Below are positions 13,803-26,624 of a DNA stretch of 64,000 nt, one piece after another. Location: the NCBI GenBank assembly GCA_964188305.1, contig OZ076896.1, one strand, 5' to 3'. The translations under genes and the position numbers were made by a program. Below the pieces are notes generated by a model. It was not told the origin of the DNA, did no database searches, and worked only from the letters and a program-made list of their open reading frames with translations. Source of the stretch: Podarcis bocagei. Its lineage: Eukaryota. Within the stretch, counting starts at the first letter, position 1; each line of letters opens with the position of its first letter.

Positions 13803-15217
13803 GACCACAGGATGGGACACTAAATGATGGTACCACATTGGCTACCTCTGCTGTTGTATGACCAAACGTTCAGAACTGATGTAAAATATTTTTCAATTTC
13901 TCTCCATTCTTCAAAGCCTAATTTTAGGTAGATATACTGACAAAACTATTTCAAAAAGAATAAAGAAATATTGCTTCCCCCATACATGCATATGGAGACA
14001 GCTAAATGGGATTTCCTATCCTTTTGAATTACTTCCTTTTAAAAGGGGGTATTTTCCAATTCCTACTCTTGATAATGATTAGCCACTTACAAAGAAGTAG
14101 TGAATACATATTTATGAATAGAGAAGTTAGAAAAGAATGTTTATTTCCCTTTAATCTGCCCCTCCACTAAACAATACTTTTTATGTTGCATTTATCTTTT
14201 AATGAACGCAAATATTGTTTCAATGCCTAATAATCACTGATTAGGTTGCTTTTGCAGAACTGGATTGGGAGTGGCTTGACTGGGGGAAAGTTGCGGGAAA
14301 GGTAACTAACAGCTTGATGTTATATGGGTTTACCCAGAAGTAACCCACATTCATTATGAAGGGGCTTACTCATTCTTTGAGTTGAAAAGATTTGGGATTT
14401 CACAGTTATGGCTAAATTGAATCTTTTTAAAAAAAAGATTTTGAGAATGAAAACAAATGCAAGAAAACTTTAAGCAAGTTGGTACAGAAATTTATTCATT
14501 ACACTAAGTGATATTGCTTAGGACCAAGTTAGATATATGGGTTAATGTCATATTAATATTTTGAGAAGCTGAATTATGAAAAATAGATTGAGATATGTTG
14601 GACTTACTATGACAAATATTAGTGAAATGTGGAAATGTGTTTTTACTCTTCTCATACAGATGAGGGATAGCTCAATAATATCCTTCTGGTGCTACTGGAA
14701 GGAATTTTTTTATTTTGACTATGGCAGACCAACACAGCTACCTATCTACTACTAATATCCTTCTGTTACTATTATATTATAATTATTAGATTGAGTGCCT
14801 AGGGCTTTGTTGTGCATTTTATTGTAATTAATGTTATTCCTTTGTGATACTATGGTACAGTGGGCATGTACCAGGGAGTATTCTCACCTTCACAATTTAT
14901 GTGTTTGTTACCATTGACAACACAGGTGAGCCCTGGCTGCTGAATAAAGTGTGCTTTTGTTTACATGCCACCGCATTTCCATCACAAACAAATGCTGTCA
15001 ATTTCAAAGAGAAATCAAATCTGCAGTCCGGCCAACATAGATCCTATGTTCACCCCATGAGTCAATTTAAAGCAAAGCCAATTTAAACCTCATTTTTGAA
15101 ACCGATCTTCATTTGGCTCATGTATGGTTGGTTCTGGTAAAATTTGTTGGGTGTACAAGAGCAGACCCCTGCCTAAAGCAGAATCACCTTTGCAGAAGAA
15201 ACAGCATCCTTTATGTA

Positions 15218-15570
15218 AAGGTAACGGTAAAGGGACCCCTGAACATTAGGTCCAGTCATGACCGACTCTGGGGTTGCGGCACTCATCTCGCTTTATTGGC
15301 CAAGGGAGCCGGCGTACAGCTTCCGGGTTATGTGGCCAGCATGACTAAGCCACTTCTGGCGAACCAGAGCAGCGCACGGAAACGCCGTTTACCTTCCCGC
15401 TGGAGCGGTACCTATTTATCTATTTGCACTTCATGCTTTCGAACTGCTAGGTTGGCAAGAGCAGAGACCGAGCAACGGGAGCCCACCCCATTGCAGGGAT
15501 TCAAACTGCCAACCTTCTGATCGGGAAGCCCTAGGCTCTGTGGTTTAACTCACAGTGCCACCTGCATCCC
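15218..15570 (-). mobile_element. Sauria SINE (Squam1), full length
   Basis: Minus strand starts GGGATGCAGGTGGCACTGTGAGTTAAACCACAGAGCC and ends ..cccTTTACCGTTACCTTT. 12-bp TSD atcctttatgta (15206-17) / atccttcatgta (15571-82). Confidence 0.93.
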
Positions 15571-15909
15571 ATCCTTCATGTAGGAGCTGCCTAAGTTGAA
15601 ATGATTAGCTGCATAGGATTCCCTGAGCCTTGCAAGCATGAATTGGAGAAGGTCGGCAAAGCACCAGACCTTTGGTTAGCAGAGATCTGTCTGTGGGCCA
15701 ACAGAATTTTTGGCTGCCGCCTTTCCCCTGGCCGCCACACTCGCTGCAAATTTGAGAAAGATACAGAGTACCCAAGTTTTGTAGAAAAAAACTACTCCCT
15801 CCAGCCACAGCAAGGTTTCATCAATTTACAAACATTTTGCCTTTATTATCTGGTTCTAGTTATTAAACTCATTCACTATTATATACCCATTTCTCTGAGT
15901 CACACATTC

Positions 15910-16593
15910 ATTGACCACCAAGGCTGCGTGAATCTGTCGATTTTAGTTTCTCATTTTCCAAGCCTTCAGTCTGCCACATTTCCACATCACTTTGTGGGAG
16001 CGTTTTTGTTTAAAAAACCCCCCAAAAATGTATCAGCTTCTTAGTGTGAACTTCTCTTAAGAAGAAAAAAAGGGGGGAAAGAAAGAAATATGTTTGCATG
16101 CAATTTTACCTAGTACAGTGGTACCTCAGGTTAAGTACTTAATTTGTTCCAGAGGTCCATTCTTAACCTGAAGCACCACTTTAGCTAATGGGGCCTCCTG
16201 CTGCCAGAGCACGATTTCTGTTCTCATCCTGAAGCAAAGTTCTTAACCTGAAGCACTATTTCTGGGTTAGTGGAGTCTGTACCCTGAAGCATATGTACCC
16301 TGAAGCGTATGTAACCCAAGGTACCACTGTATATACATTCTTTGCAAATAATGCATTTTTTGTGTGCTGTTTGCACAAATACATACATTTTTATGGATAC
16401 TTTATGCTTGTATATGGATTTTTTTGGGTACAGATTACTTGTCTGGAGAATTGCATTGCAATATTCATAGAAGCGTGAATTCCAAAGGGCGGCTATGTTT
16501 CAGTTCCCCCATTGTTTTGAAAAGTGCAAATTAGGTAAACCCACCTTTAAATGCAAACTAAATGCCAAAATCCGCCCCCCCCAGCCATCCCTA
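15910..16593. mobile_element. Old AT-rich non-autonomous element (probable hAT, catcccta end), interrupted by a MITE
   Basis: Shares the tttaaatgcaaactgaa...catcccta end with 33850-33975, 38500-38873, 42050-42468, 51635-51845 (inverted) and 63872-64000 (inverted). Confidence 0.55.
16116..16329. mobile_element. Tigger/pogo-like MITE, family A copy 1
   Basis: TIR cagtggtacct / aggtaccactg with TA TSD. Confidence 0.92.
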
Positions 16594-16860
16594 CAGACCA
16601 CCTAGAGGAGCCTAACCATGCTGTGCTTAAATTGCAAAGCCTTTGTTCAATTGCTACATCAATGAAGCCCATAGATGGCAGTCTAAACATTTTGCCACTA
16701 TTCTATGGCATTGTCGCATCTGCTTCAATCCAATTTACCTTCAACAAGAGATTATAGAAGTGCATGCATCGGACCAATCATTATTCAAAGCAGAATGTTC
16801 TCCTAAGCAATGACAGGATTATCTGCGGAGCAAGGATCTGCTTGCCTCACACAGAGCAGT

Positions 16861-17158
16861 GAAGAAGAAGAAGAAGAAGAAGAAGAAGAAGAAGAAGAAG
16901 AAGAAGAAGAAGAAGAAGAAGAGTAGTTTGAATTTGATATCCCGCTTTCTCACTACCCGAAGGAGTCTCAAAGCGGCTAACAATCTCCTTTCCCTTCCTC
17001 CCCCACAACAAACACTCTGTGAGGTGAGTGGGGCTGAGAGACTTCACAGAAGTGTGACTGGCCCAAGGTCACCCAGCAGCTGCATGTGGAGGAGCGGAGA
17101 CACGAACCCAGTTCCCCAGATTACGAGTCTACCGCTCTTAACCACTGCACCACACTGG
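16861..17158 (-). mobile_element. Squam3-type tRNA-CORE SINE with (CTT)n tail
   Basis: Minus strand has a tRNA-like head ccagtgtggtgcagtggttaagagcg..gggttcg and CORE gggtgaccttgggccagtcac. Tail is (GAA)20 on the plus strand (16861-16920). Near-identical to 56076-56327. Confidence 0.88.
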
Positions 17159-19989
17159 AAACAAACCTTAGCCAGATGTTCCACTGCGGATAATGAATTG
17201 TCTCAAAGTTTGTACAAAATGGAGCAAAAGCCAGTAGTTGTGGGCCCCTTTTCAAGGGCAGGATGACAATGGTTTCCTCTCACTTCTGGAATTTCAGGGG
17301 CAGACGTCCTACTCAGTGAATCAAACACTGATTCAGTGATTGTCTTTCTCTTCCTCCATTCTTCATCTGACCAGTCTCCCTTTTTTATTTTCTGAAAACT
17401 ACAACATATTTACCCATTCGTTCAAATGAATGTCTACTCCTACTCATTGCAATATATTAGTGGCATTGTGTTTTAAGACCATCCCATTCATTGTGTAATT
17501 CCTGATATGCTAGGATTTCCCATGTGACTAATTCTGGAAGACTAATCCTGGAAGCATTGCCCGTGTTCGCGATTGCACTGAAATAAAGCACATAGCCAAG
17601 TGTGGCTATATAGAGTCACCATACTGCATTCCATCCATTATGTGATTCCTGACAAATCTGGGAAGAACAAAATAGTCACCAGCAAGAAATGGTATGAAAG
17701 CAGGAAGCAATGGCAGCAAGCAGGATTTTAAAAAGCTGAATGGTCTCACAATAGAAGAGCTTTCCCAGAAACATGTTCTCTCTCCAAAAGCACTAATTTT
17801 GACCCCAAAATCAAACTGGGAGAAAAATCAATCCCTCCCTGCTTCAGTTCTGTCTTTTCTATTTCTAGAAATTAATTTTGTGAAAATTATTTAATTCAAC
17901 AGCTCATCTCCTGAGCATAGAATGAGGTTTGATTCAGTGAAATTGCAGCATTGCTAACTGAGAGGGTTGCTGGATTTTCTTGACAAGGCTTCTTTCCCTG
18001 GAATTACTGCAGAATCCTGTTTTATTGTAGAATCTTTGATAGCAGTGAATGTATATTTTAAGAGTGCTGGGTCAATGACAGGTGAAGGCTAAACTGGTCC
18101 TAATACAATTCATCTGACAGGAGCCCTTGCTAAATCAATGCTTTCCTTCCCCTCCACCTCAAGTGTTTTGCCTGATGTGCATTTTCAACCCAATTCTCAT
18201 GCATATTCTTTAATTGCTGACTTCAGTGAATACTATTTAATTGACTATGCAGCTGCTTCGCATTACAGCCTGTAAAACATAAAACACTTTTTATACAGAA
18301 ATCAGCTTGCTTCATAATTATTCATAGCCAGCCAATATGTGGAGTTTGTTGTGTTATTATTTGTAATGGGAGTCAACATGTCCATTATTTTCAAAGACCT
18401 GTGAGCGTGAAAGCACCATGCCCAAATCACAACACCACTGGCTATGTAGAGAAGCCACATTTCACTTTTGTGATGCTGTGGCATGTGTGAAGGTTTTAAG
18501 TCACTTGCCTCTTCAGACAACCCAAATACATAGAACGAACCTTTGCATAGGGTGGCAGTCCCAGCCTACATGTGTTCAGCAGGGGTGGCTTGTCCCATTT
18601 TGCCATCTGAAGTGAAACCTGAAGGTGTCTCCCCTACTAATGCCATCCCCCTGCAAGATCTTGCCAGAAGCTGCTTCTCTTTTCTTCTTTGGCAGGGACA
18701 GGTCGGTAGATTCTACCACCTGAGGCAGCTGCCTCAGTCCACCTCATCAGGGGGATTCTGGGAAAATAAAATTGTGGCTGCCTAGAAGCAGCAACTGAAA
18801 CCAGCTCTTCAGCCACTACAGATGCCAGAGAAACTAACGATGTCCGCTTATGCATCTCATGTCCACAATGGAAATCAAGCCTGTTGTTTTCAGTCTACGA
18901 ACGATACTTAATTGATTGCTTCCCACACCATTTGTATTGTTCCCTTTGCATTGAAATGAATGGTGTGTGTTAACACAGTAATAAATTAATTAATCGGGTG
19001 ATTAATTATGTAGAAATTTTGCCACAGAGGACAGTGAAACGAATAGCATAGATTTTGCCAGAAGCCGAACTGCAGCTGAAAGCAAACGGTGCCGCATGCG
19101 ATGAACATGGGTTGGAACAGAAATTGTTGCCTTCTTATATCCCTGTCTCCCACTGATGCCACTGATACAAAGAGTTGATGTGAGTAAGAGAACAAATAAA
19201 AGTGAATAGTGAAGATACATGTGATTTTTAATGAACTATTAATTAATTATTTTTTTAAGAAAAAAAATTAATGCAGTAATGAAATGAGGAAACCCCCTTA
19301 GCATTCATTAGATCAGGGATTGCCAATGTTGCACCTTGATGAGAACATGTGTGTCCACATAGGCCTTCCCTGGTACTGACAGGGTCTCCTTCCTCCACTT
19401 TTCCCACCACATATGCTGTATGCCAATGAACATTCATCCTGATTCGCTGGCAGGGTGTTTACATGCCTTCCTGTTATTCATTCATTCCACACTTTCCAAT
19501 GCCTTCCCCCATCACTTTCCTAACAGCAAAAAGTCTGCTTCTTTTTAAAATTGGATCTGTTGCCCTAGGTGACGGAACACTTTAACTGTGCAAATAATTG
19601 TGCAAACTTAAATTTCCCAGTATGTGTTTGTATGCCTCCCACAACTAATCAGTTAACTTTAGGCTTCTGATTTAAAGTATTTTATTATTAAGGCTTCAGA
19701 CAAGTGAACAGAGAAAAACAGCAGATTTTAGTTTCTGGCTAATCTTAGACTAGCGTAGCATCTTAAAGAAGACTGAGTAACTTTCAAGCAGAATATGATG
19801 TGCCCTCAGCACCAGACCTGCTTTATCCCTATAAAGTGGCAAAGATCTCCCAGGTGAACAAAGGTGAAGGCAAAAGCGTGTTCAAAAACTAGCCTTTTTG
19901 CTGTTTTGCCTGAGGGGAGCTGGCATACGGGAAAGGTTGACATCCCATCAGAAAGGTGTCTGCCTTTCTGAGGTTTAGGATGTACTCAC

Positions 19990-20026
19990 GGATGGTGATA
20001 CTTAGTGTCGAGGTCATGGAAATAAC
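19990..20026 (-). CDS. Candidate 37-nt coding micro-exon (..GYFHDLDTKYHHP..)
   Basis: Minus strand reads catttctgcaaatacaccttttAAG|GTTATTTCCATGACCTCGACACTAAGTATCACCATCC|GTGAGTac, with canonical acceptor and donor, in CpG-retaining unique sequence. Product not recognised. Confidence 0.45.
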
Positions 20027-21344
20027 CTTAAAAGGTGTATTTGCAGAAATGTCTCCTTCCCTCCTTGCCAGACAGGAGGAAGCATACCTTTGCGCATTCG
20101 GTTTAAAAACAACTCAACTCACTGCCCGCATGTTGGCTTGCTGTGAGGATCGTGGATGAAAAGAATCTTTGTACAGAAATGGGGGATTCTGGAGAGAAGG
20201 AGGCAGAGGGCTTTGGTCTGTTACAAGGGCAAATGCAGATATGTGTCTTTTTGCTGTGCACTGCGTGGCAGGAAACCCTTGACTGGGGGCAGGTAGAAAT
20301 TTATTGCCCTGTGAGGAAGCGCATGAATTGTAAAGTGATGAATTCCCTTATCTTGTGATAAATATATTTCTTTAAATGCAAGCTTGCCACCTGAGTTGGT
20401 CATTACCACATATGAACTGGTGTGTGTGTGTGTGTGTGTATTTAAAAGTCACCGAGCTGCGGCTTGGTAAAACAAAATAATTGGTGAAATCACTAGATTC
20501 CTCTGGCCCCACTAATGAATTCCCAATAGACAGGAGGAGGAAATGGAAGGAGTCAGATTCATCCCTCAGAGATACAGGGAGCTTCAGTAGATTTGCTCAA
20601 GTTTTTCTGCCTTAGATGGAGATGCATCATTAATTCATACACTGTTTGCCAATAAACCATCAAAACCAGTGTGTGTGTGGCTATTTGCTGCCAATCATGA
20701 TATTTGATAGTTTCCATAAACACTGGCTATTATAGACCAGAATATGTCTTTGAGGGATTTGTGGCCATCCTGGCTGGTGAGAGTCTGATGGAAGGTGCTA
20801 AAATCACTGAAGGCTGTGTGTATTAATTTTGTACCTGTTGATCAAAAAGCATCCACCAGGACATGATCAAAGAAGTATTCTTCCAGCTCAAGAAACCAAC
20901 TCCTTTACAACTCAACTTTCTCAGAGCCTCATGCCAGGGTGGGAGGGACAAGGTGCAAAAACTGGGTGGGGCAAAGCCAGGACTGGGTGGAGCAACAGAT
21001 GTGGCCATGAACTAGGAACCCAAACCAATCTGCCGTTTGCCTGCTATTGGTGCTTCCCTGTTTTTAGCTGAGTTCTAGTGTGCCACAACAACCACCCTGT
21101 ATATAGTCTTACCTGGTGATTGTTGCTTTTTTTAAAAAAAATCATTTTTATTATTAAGTAATAAACATTGTATAAAAATGAACACAAAAACAAAACACAG
21201 AACAGAGAGGTTCAGCTCATTGCTTAGAGGCTTTCACAGCCAGGCTTAGTCAGGCCTAGTAAAGTCCTCATATTTTGTCTTAAAACTATGTTTGGCTTCC
21301 CCATCCCAGGACAATATGTAAGGTTCTACACACAGGCAGGAATA

Positions 21345-21895
21345 ACCAGCTGCACAACTATAAGATGAGGGATACCTGGCTTGCCAATGTCAAAAGGATC
21401 TAAGAGTCTTAGTAGACCACCAGCTTAACATGAGTCAACAGTATGATGCAGCAGCAAAACAAAAAATGGAAATGCTAACCAGGCTGCATCAACAGAAGTA
21501 TAGGGTCCTGATCATGGGAAGCCATAGTAGCATTCTATTCTGTCTTGGTCAGACCCCACTGGAATTCTGTTGTCCAGTTCTGGGCATCACAATTTAAGAA
21601 GGATATTGACAAGCCGGAACATGTGCAGAGGAGAGTGACCAAGATGATCAAGGGTCTGGAAACCAAGCCCTATAAGGGAGTTGGGAATGTTTAGCCTGGA
21701 TAAGAGGAGACTGAGAGGAGATATGATAGACATCCTCAAATATCTCAAGGGCTGTCACATGGAAGACGCATCAAACTTTCTCCTGCTCTTGAGGGTAGGA
21801 TCTGAACCAATGGCTTAAAATTACAAGAAATGTGATTTCAGCTAAACATCAGGAAGAACTTTCTGATGGTAAGAGCTGTATGACAGTGGAACAGC
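21345..21895 (+). mobile_element. Older CR1 LINE ORF2 3' fragment (degraded)
   Basis: Colinear with 54445-55005 (ggtcagacc, gtccagttctgggca, aggaagaactt...gtaagagctgt) but with many indels. Confidence 0.88.
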
Positions 21896-22241
21896 GTCTA
21901 AATTGTTGGACATTTTTAATGGGGTTGTTTTATTGTGCATCTTAATTATGAATTTTCTGTTTTAATGATTGAACAGGACTGTTTTACCCTGTATTTTAAT
22001 TATGGATGTTGATATTTTAATATTTTTGTAACTGTTTTTTATATTTTGCAAACCGCTTCGAAGCCTATCTTGACACTAAGTGGCATCGAAATAAATACAG
22101 AGACACACGTAAATACAACATCAGTTCAGCTGGGTAAATTCTAGAACTCCTATAGGAATGGTGGCTTTTTATCTGGTCTGGGATTGCTGCATGTTGTAGA
22201 CAGAGGGACTAGGATTCATATGAATAAAATATCCATATGAT

Positions 22242-22345
22242 CCCTGTGAGGTAGGTCGAGAGATGGTGACTGGCCCAATATCACCCTGGTGAGCTTCATT
22301 TGGGATTTGAACCTGAGTCTCCCAAGTTCTGGCACATCACTCTGC
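22242..22345 (-). mobile_element. CORE-SINE fragment
   Basis: ccctgtgaggtagg..gagatggtgactggccca..ggatttgaacc; reverse of the family at 33550. Confidence 0.6.
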
Positions 22346-22887
22346 TGCCCTGCCAGATGCAAGGTTTCAAAGCCCCCCTCAACATTTTAGCAATGGAAGG
22401 AAACATTTATTTACTGCCTTTCTGCTGACACAGTCAAGGCAGTCCGTCATTTAAAATATCCAAACAGACAGACAGATGAAAGGACTCAAAAGATAACACA
22501 CCAAAGCACTCTCAGGGTGCTTGTGGTCTCTTTAAGAGCTTCCCAACAGGAGGTCATCAGGTGTGCATTATATCAGCATACCTTTCAATGGTACCTATTG
22601 CACAGGCTTGGGATTTATTTAATTTTGCATATCTGTAGGTGACTGCGGGTTACATACCTAATCAGCATCTAATGCTAGAGTTCTTTGGCCAGGGGTACCT
22701 ATTTGGTTAACACAATCCTGACAACTGATTAACCTCCCCCTACAGTTTTATGCTCCTGTTTCAAGCTGAATTTCCATATATGTGTATAGGGGGAATATTT
22801 GGACATTATACACAGAGAGAGAGAGGAGCTCTGGTTCCTACAATCTGAAACTGCATGCAATTTTGCCCAGATTGCAAGCCACAGAGC

Positions 22888-22888
<1 letters not shown>

Positions 22889-22940
<52 letters not shown>
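22889..22940. repeat. (AC)n microsatellite
   Basis: Seen directly. Confidence 0.97.
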
Positions 22941-22941
<1 letters not shown>

Positions 22942-23039
22942 AGACATCTGGAGGCAATTACTGTAGTGGGGAGGCCTGTCAGTTGTATGAGCCAGCCCTT
23001 AATATACTGGGAATGAGATGCAGTTGCAGAAACGTCGCA

Positions 23040-23041
<2 letters not shown>

Positions 23042-23076
<35 letters not shown>
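23042..23076. repeat. (GT)n microsatellite
   Basis: Seen directly. Confidence 0.97.
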
Positions 23077-23079
<3 letters not shown>

Positions 23080-26000
23080 CTAACTGTGGAAAGATGCTTC
23101 CGAAGTTTTCAGGTAAATGTAAATTTTGGCATTAATATGCCACTGTAAGCCTGTAAAGAGAGGAGTGACATGGTCATGGTGTCAGGAGTGACAGCTGAGT
23201 TTAGCTGAGGCTTTCTAAATTGACAGGAGTGGAGCAATGAAGTAGAAAGGAAGAGCAGCAAAGAGCAGATTATAGGCGCAAGTGGATCGTGGACAAGGGT
23301 AGTAGCAGAAGGCATAGAGAGGAAGGACACACCCTAAAAGAAAATGCAGCTGGATTTGCCATGCCGTTCAGAGAGAACCCCTTCTGTAATGCATGACTGG
23401 TATATTTTTTTGCCATTCCAAGTGAGGTCAGAAATCTGTCAAAGAAATTCAAGCCACGTACTGGGGGTGCATTATTCTAGCTATAAAGCAGATGATTTTA
23501 ATTGGGGGTGTCTGTCCTAGAATGTCTCTTATATGGAAGCTCACATACCTGTTTTAAAAACTGATTATCCTTGTCAAAGGTCAAACATGAGAAGGAACAA
23601 GATTTTGCATCTCTGTTGCATCAGGAACATTGCTACGAAGCTTTGCCGCTTGCCTTCTGCAAAGTGTTAAGGCACCGCTAGGAAAGATGGTGCAATTTGA
23701 CAATATATCACATATATGCTAAGCGCACAGTCCCTAAGCATGCAAAATGGAGAGTGCTGGCCCAGAATTTCATCTGGGACACTGCATTTCCTCGCGCTTG
23801 TGGTTTTGAAATAAATCAGACCAAGCAAATGCACCCCTTAATGTTCCTATAATGCAGTTCTTGTGTGCTAATTCCTTTCAGGTCCAGTCATTGTCATTAA
23901 TATTGTCTGCTGGCAAACAAAGAAAGATTTCTTTGCGGGAAGTCTCGCCAGCGAAGGAAAATGTTTGAACTGCTGTGGCGTTGCCTGGATGTCTCGTTTG
24001 CATTTTCCAAGGACACTTGAGAAAACAAAACTATATCACTGCAAATTTAGTTTAATATGCAGCACCACCGCTTCCCCCCTCCGCCCCACCCCCACCGCAG
24101 CCACACAAACATATCCTTTGCTTTCTGCTCCCTGTAATTAAAAATTGCCAGTGAAAAATGTTCGGGATTAGCCAGTCCTAATTTTCATTGACAAGCTTTA
24201 AGCGCTTATCAATAATGGGATCAGAGAATCAGCTTGTGCTAAGCTTTATTTTGCCATCGTGTCAAGTTCTGATGGAGAATCTCGCTCAGCTTATTAAACA
24301 CACTGGTGCCTGTAGCTGAAGCTCCAACTGCAGACGGGTTTGGGGACTGGCAACATCCTGCGCTGCTGCATTACTTCAGTGAGAATAATATTGGTCCCTT
24401 ATACAGATCTCAAGGCCTGGGCTCTTGGGAGCTGAGTACAGGAAGAGATTAAAAAGGCTGCCTCTCACACACATGTTCAGAGGTGATGGATGACATCTGC
24501 AAGGCTCTACCACATCTACCTAGAAAGGAGGAAAAAATATATATCCCCAATTAGGCCATGTGTTGCAATTGTCTCCCAAATTATCAGTTTTAAAAGTATA
24601 ATCTCTCATGGTGGGCTTTGCGTTTTTGCTATACGTACCATACTCAAAGCAAGCTTTACCTGCAAAGTTCTGATGTTGTTCGAAATCAGTGAGACCATTC
24701 AAGGATCTGGTTCAACCAACGTGGTTTAGATCAAGGTTAGCTCATCATAAAATGAGAACATCCCAAGTTGAAATGCAACTGCCGATTTGCATGTGTTCTT
24801 TAAATGTGTGTTGGAGACATTCAATTCATGGAAAGAGCAATTTATCTGCGAACCTGTTCTGCTACAGTCAACCTGAACTATTTCTAGATCATGTGTTTTA
24901 AGGGTGAAATGTGCAAAATACCATCTGCAATGATATGGACTGGAACCTTTTTTTAAAAAAAAAAACAAAATACTAATAAATTAAGGGTACAATCCTGCAT
25001 CTCACACTTGGCAACTCCACTAGTGGACAGGGAGGCAAATTGCTGGGATGGCACCCACACCACCAGAGGCTTTTTGGCATGCCCATGTATCTCTGAAGAT
25101 AGATGTCCCACTGGCAGGTTTCTGCTGTTGCAGTGCTGAAATGGAGCATTGCAGGAGCATCTTGGAGATGGGTTATGGTCCTCAGCCCTCTAGCCATCAA
25201 CACCACCCCTCAAGAGGAGCCTTCAGGTTCACCGGCCATGGAGCTGGCATAGTTAATTTCCACCCATTGACCATCCCTCCAATACTGACTCTCAACTCAG
25301 GCCATTTGTATGTCTAGCAGCCAACGCATTTCATGCTAGAAGAGGGTCAGATACTGAAATGCTTAGTAAATCTGAAAACAAAAGCTTGAGAACTGGTGCA
25401 TTTCCATGACTTGCTAGGCTTTTTGGTGGCAAATGCTTATGAGTTGTACCTGCAAGTATTATGTGTTGCTGCTGTGGCAGCCAACAATACAGGTATTCCT
25501 TTTCTTTCTTCTATTTAAATATCCCTGTGATCTCTGTGTTGGTCAAAAGTTTCTTCTGAGACTCAGCTCAGGTGACAATGTCCTGAAGCTATTGAGCATT
25601 GTAGAAGTTCAAGATGGTCACTGAACTTGGCTGGCCTGCCAGCTGTCTCATCGTAACATCTAGAGAGGAACACTGAAAGTCTGCGTGAGTTTGGGAGTTG
25701 CGACAAAAAAAATAATTCATTCCACGTAATAGTGATATTGGCAGCACATACCAAATGGTTAAATCTAATGTAGCATACAGTTTCATTAAGGCACAACAAA
25801 ATTAATCTGTCCCTTCCCACCAGGAGGTTTCAGTGAAAGCAATGGGGAAGGAGATGGAGGCAAAATGCAGCAATTCATTAATGAAATGAAGACATGCAAA
25901 ATAATTAGGCTTATAACAATAGATTAGAGGACAAAATTAACCCCTTTGCTTTCTTCCCATTACATGAAACCGAGCACTTGTGAATTATACAGGCTGTTGC

Positions 26001-26481
26001 CGCGATTTTTCTTCTAGGAGATATGGCATGCATTTATCTTCCCAAAACAAAGCCACTGCTATTGTATAATAATTTTCCCCCTTTTCTTTTGAATTAATGA
26101 AGTTGCCAGTTAAGGGCAATTCCATTAACCTAACCAACAGCAAGTGAAAGAGTTAATTCAAAGGAAACGAGGAAGAATAGTCTGCTGCTCTAAATGGCAT
26201 ACAGTAACTTGTGTAATTAATAATATTGGAACTAAGGGACTCATCTAATTCAATGAAAGGATGAGACTTCCTTCTGCCTGATTGGAAACGATAGCCAAAA
26301 GGAGCGATGGTCTTTGGGGGGTTTGTCCCATGTCTTCCGTGTCCTCTACCCACTTACTGGGTTCCCCAAGAGCAGGCTGCTCCCTTTCTCATTCAGAGCT
26401 ATCAAATTGTATGGGACAAAGTAAATGGTCCAAACAAGTTGGGAGTGATAAAAAACTGCCTCTGCTGAGGTCACGAGGGAT

Positions 26482-26565
26482 GTATTATAGTATTTTAATA
26501 TTCTTTTGGAAGCCGCCCAGAGTGGCTGGGGAAGCCCAGCCAGATGGGCGGGGTATAAATAATAA

Positions 26566-26622
<57 letters not shown>
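26482..26622 (+). mobile_element. L2-type LINE 3' tip with (TTA)n tail
   Basis: ggaagccgcccagagtggctgggga..cagatgggcggggtataaat followed by (TTA)n; matches 42900-43024. Confidence 0.82.

Positions 26623-26624
<2 letters not shown>

Noticed and set aside
14320-14650. Possible decayed L1 ORF2 3' fragment
   Set aside because: A-rich and suggestive, but no motif could be confirmed by eye.
16847-17266. Poly-K and poly-L ORFs (also 26282-26704, 61699-61973, 63151-63453)
   Set aside because: Translations of (GAA)n and (TTA)n retroposon tails.
23881-24153. Plus-strand acceptor (gctaattcctttcag) followed by about 90 open codons
   Set aside because: No donor or start codon and the peptide is not protein-like; treated as non-coding.
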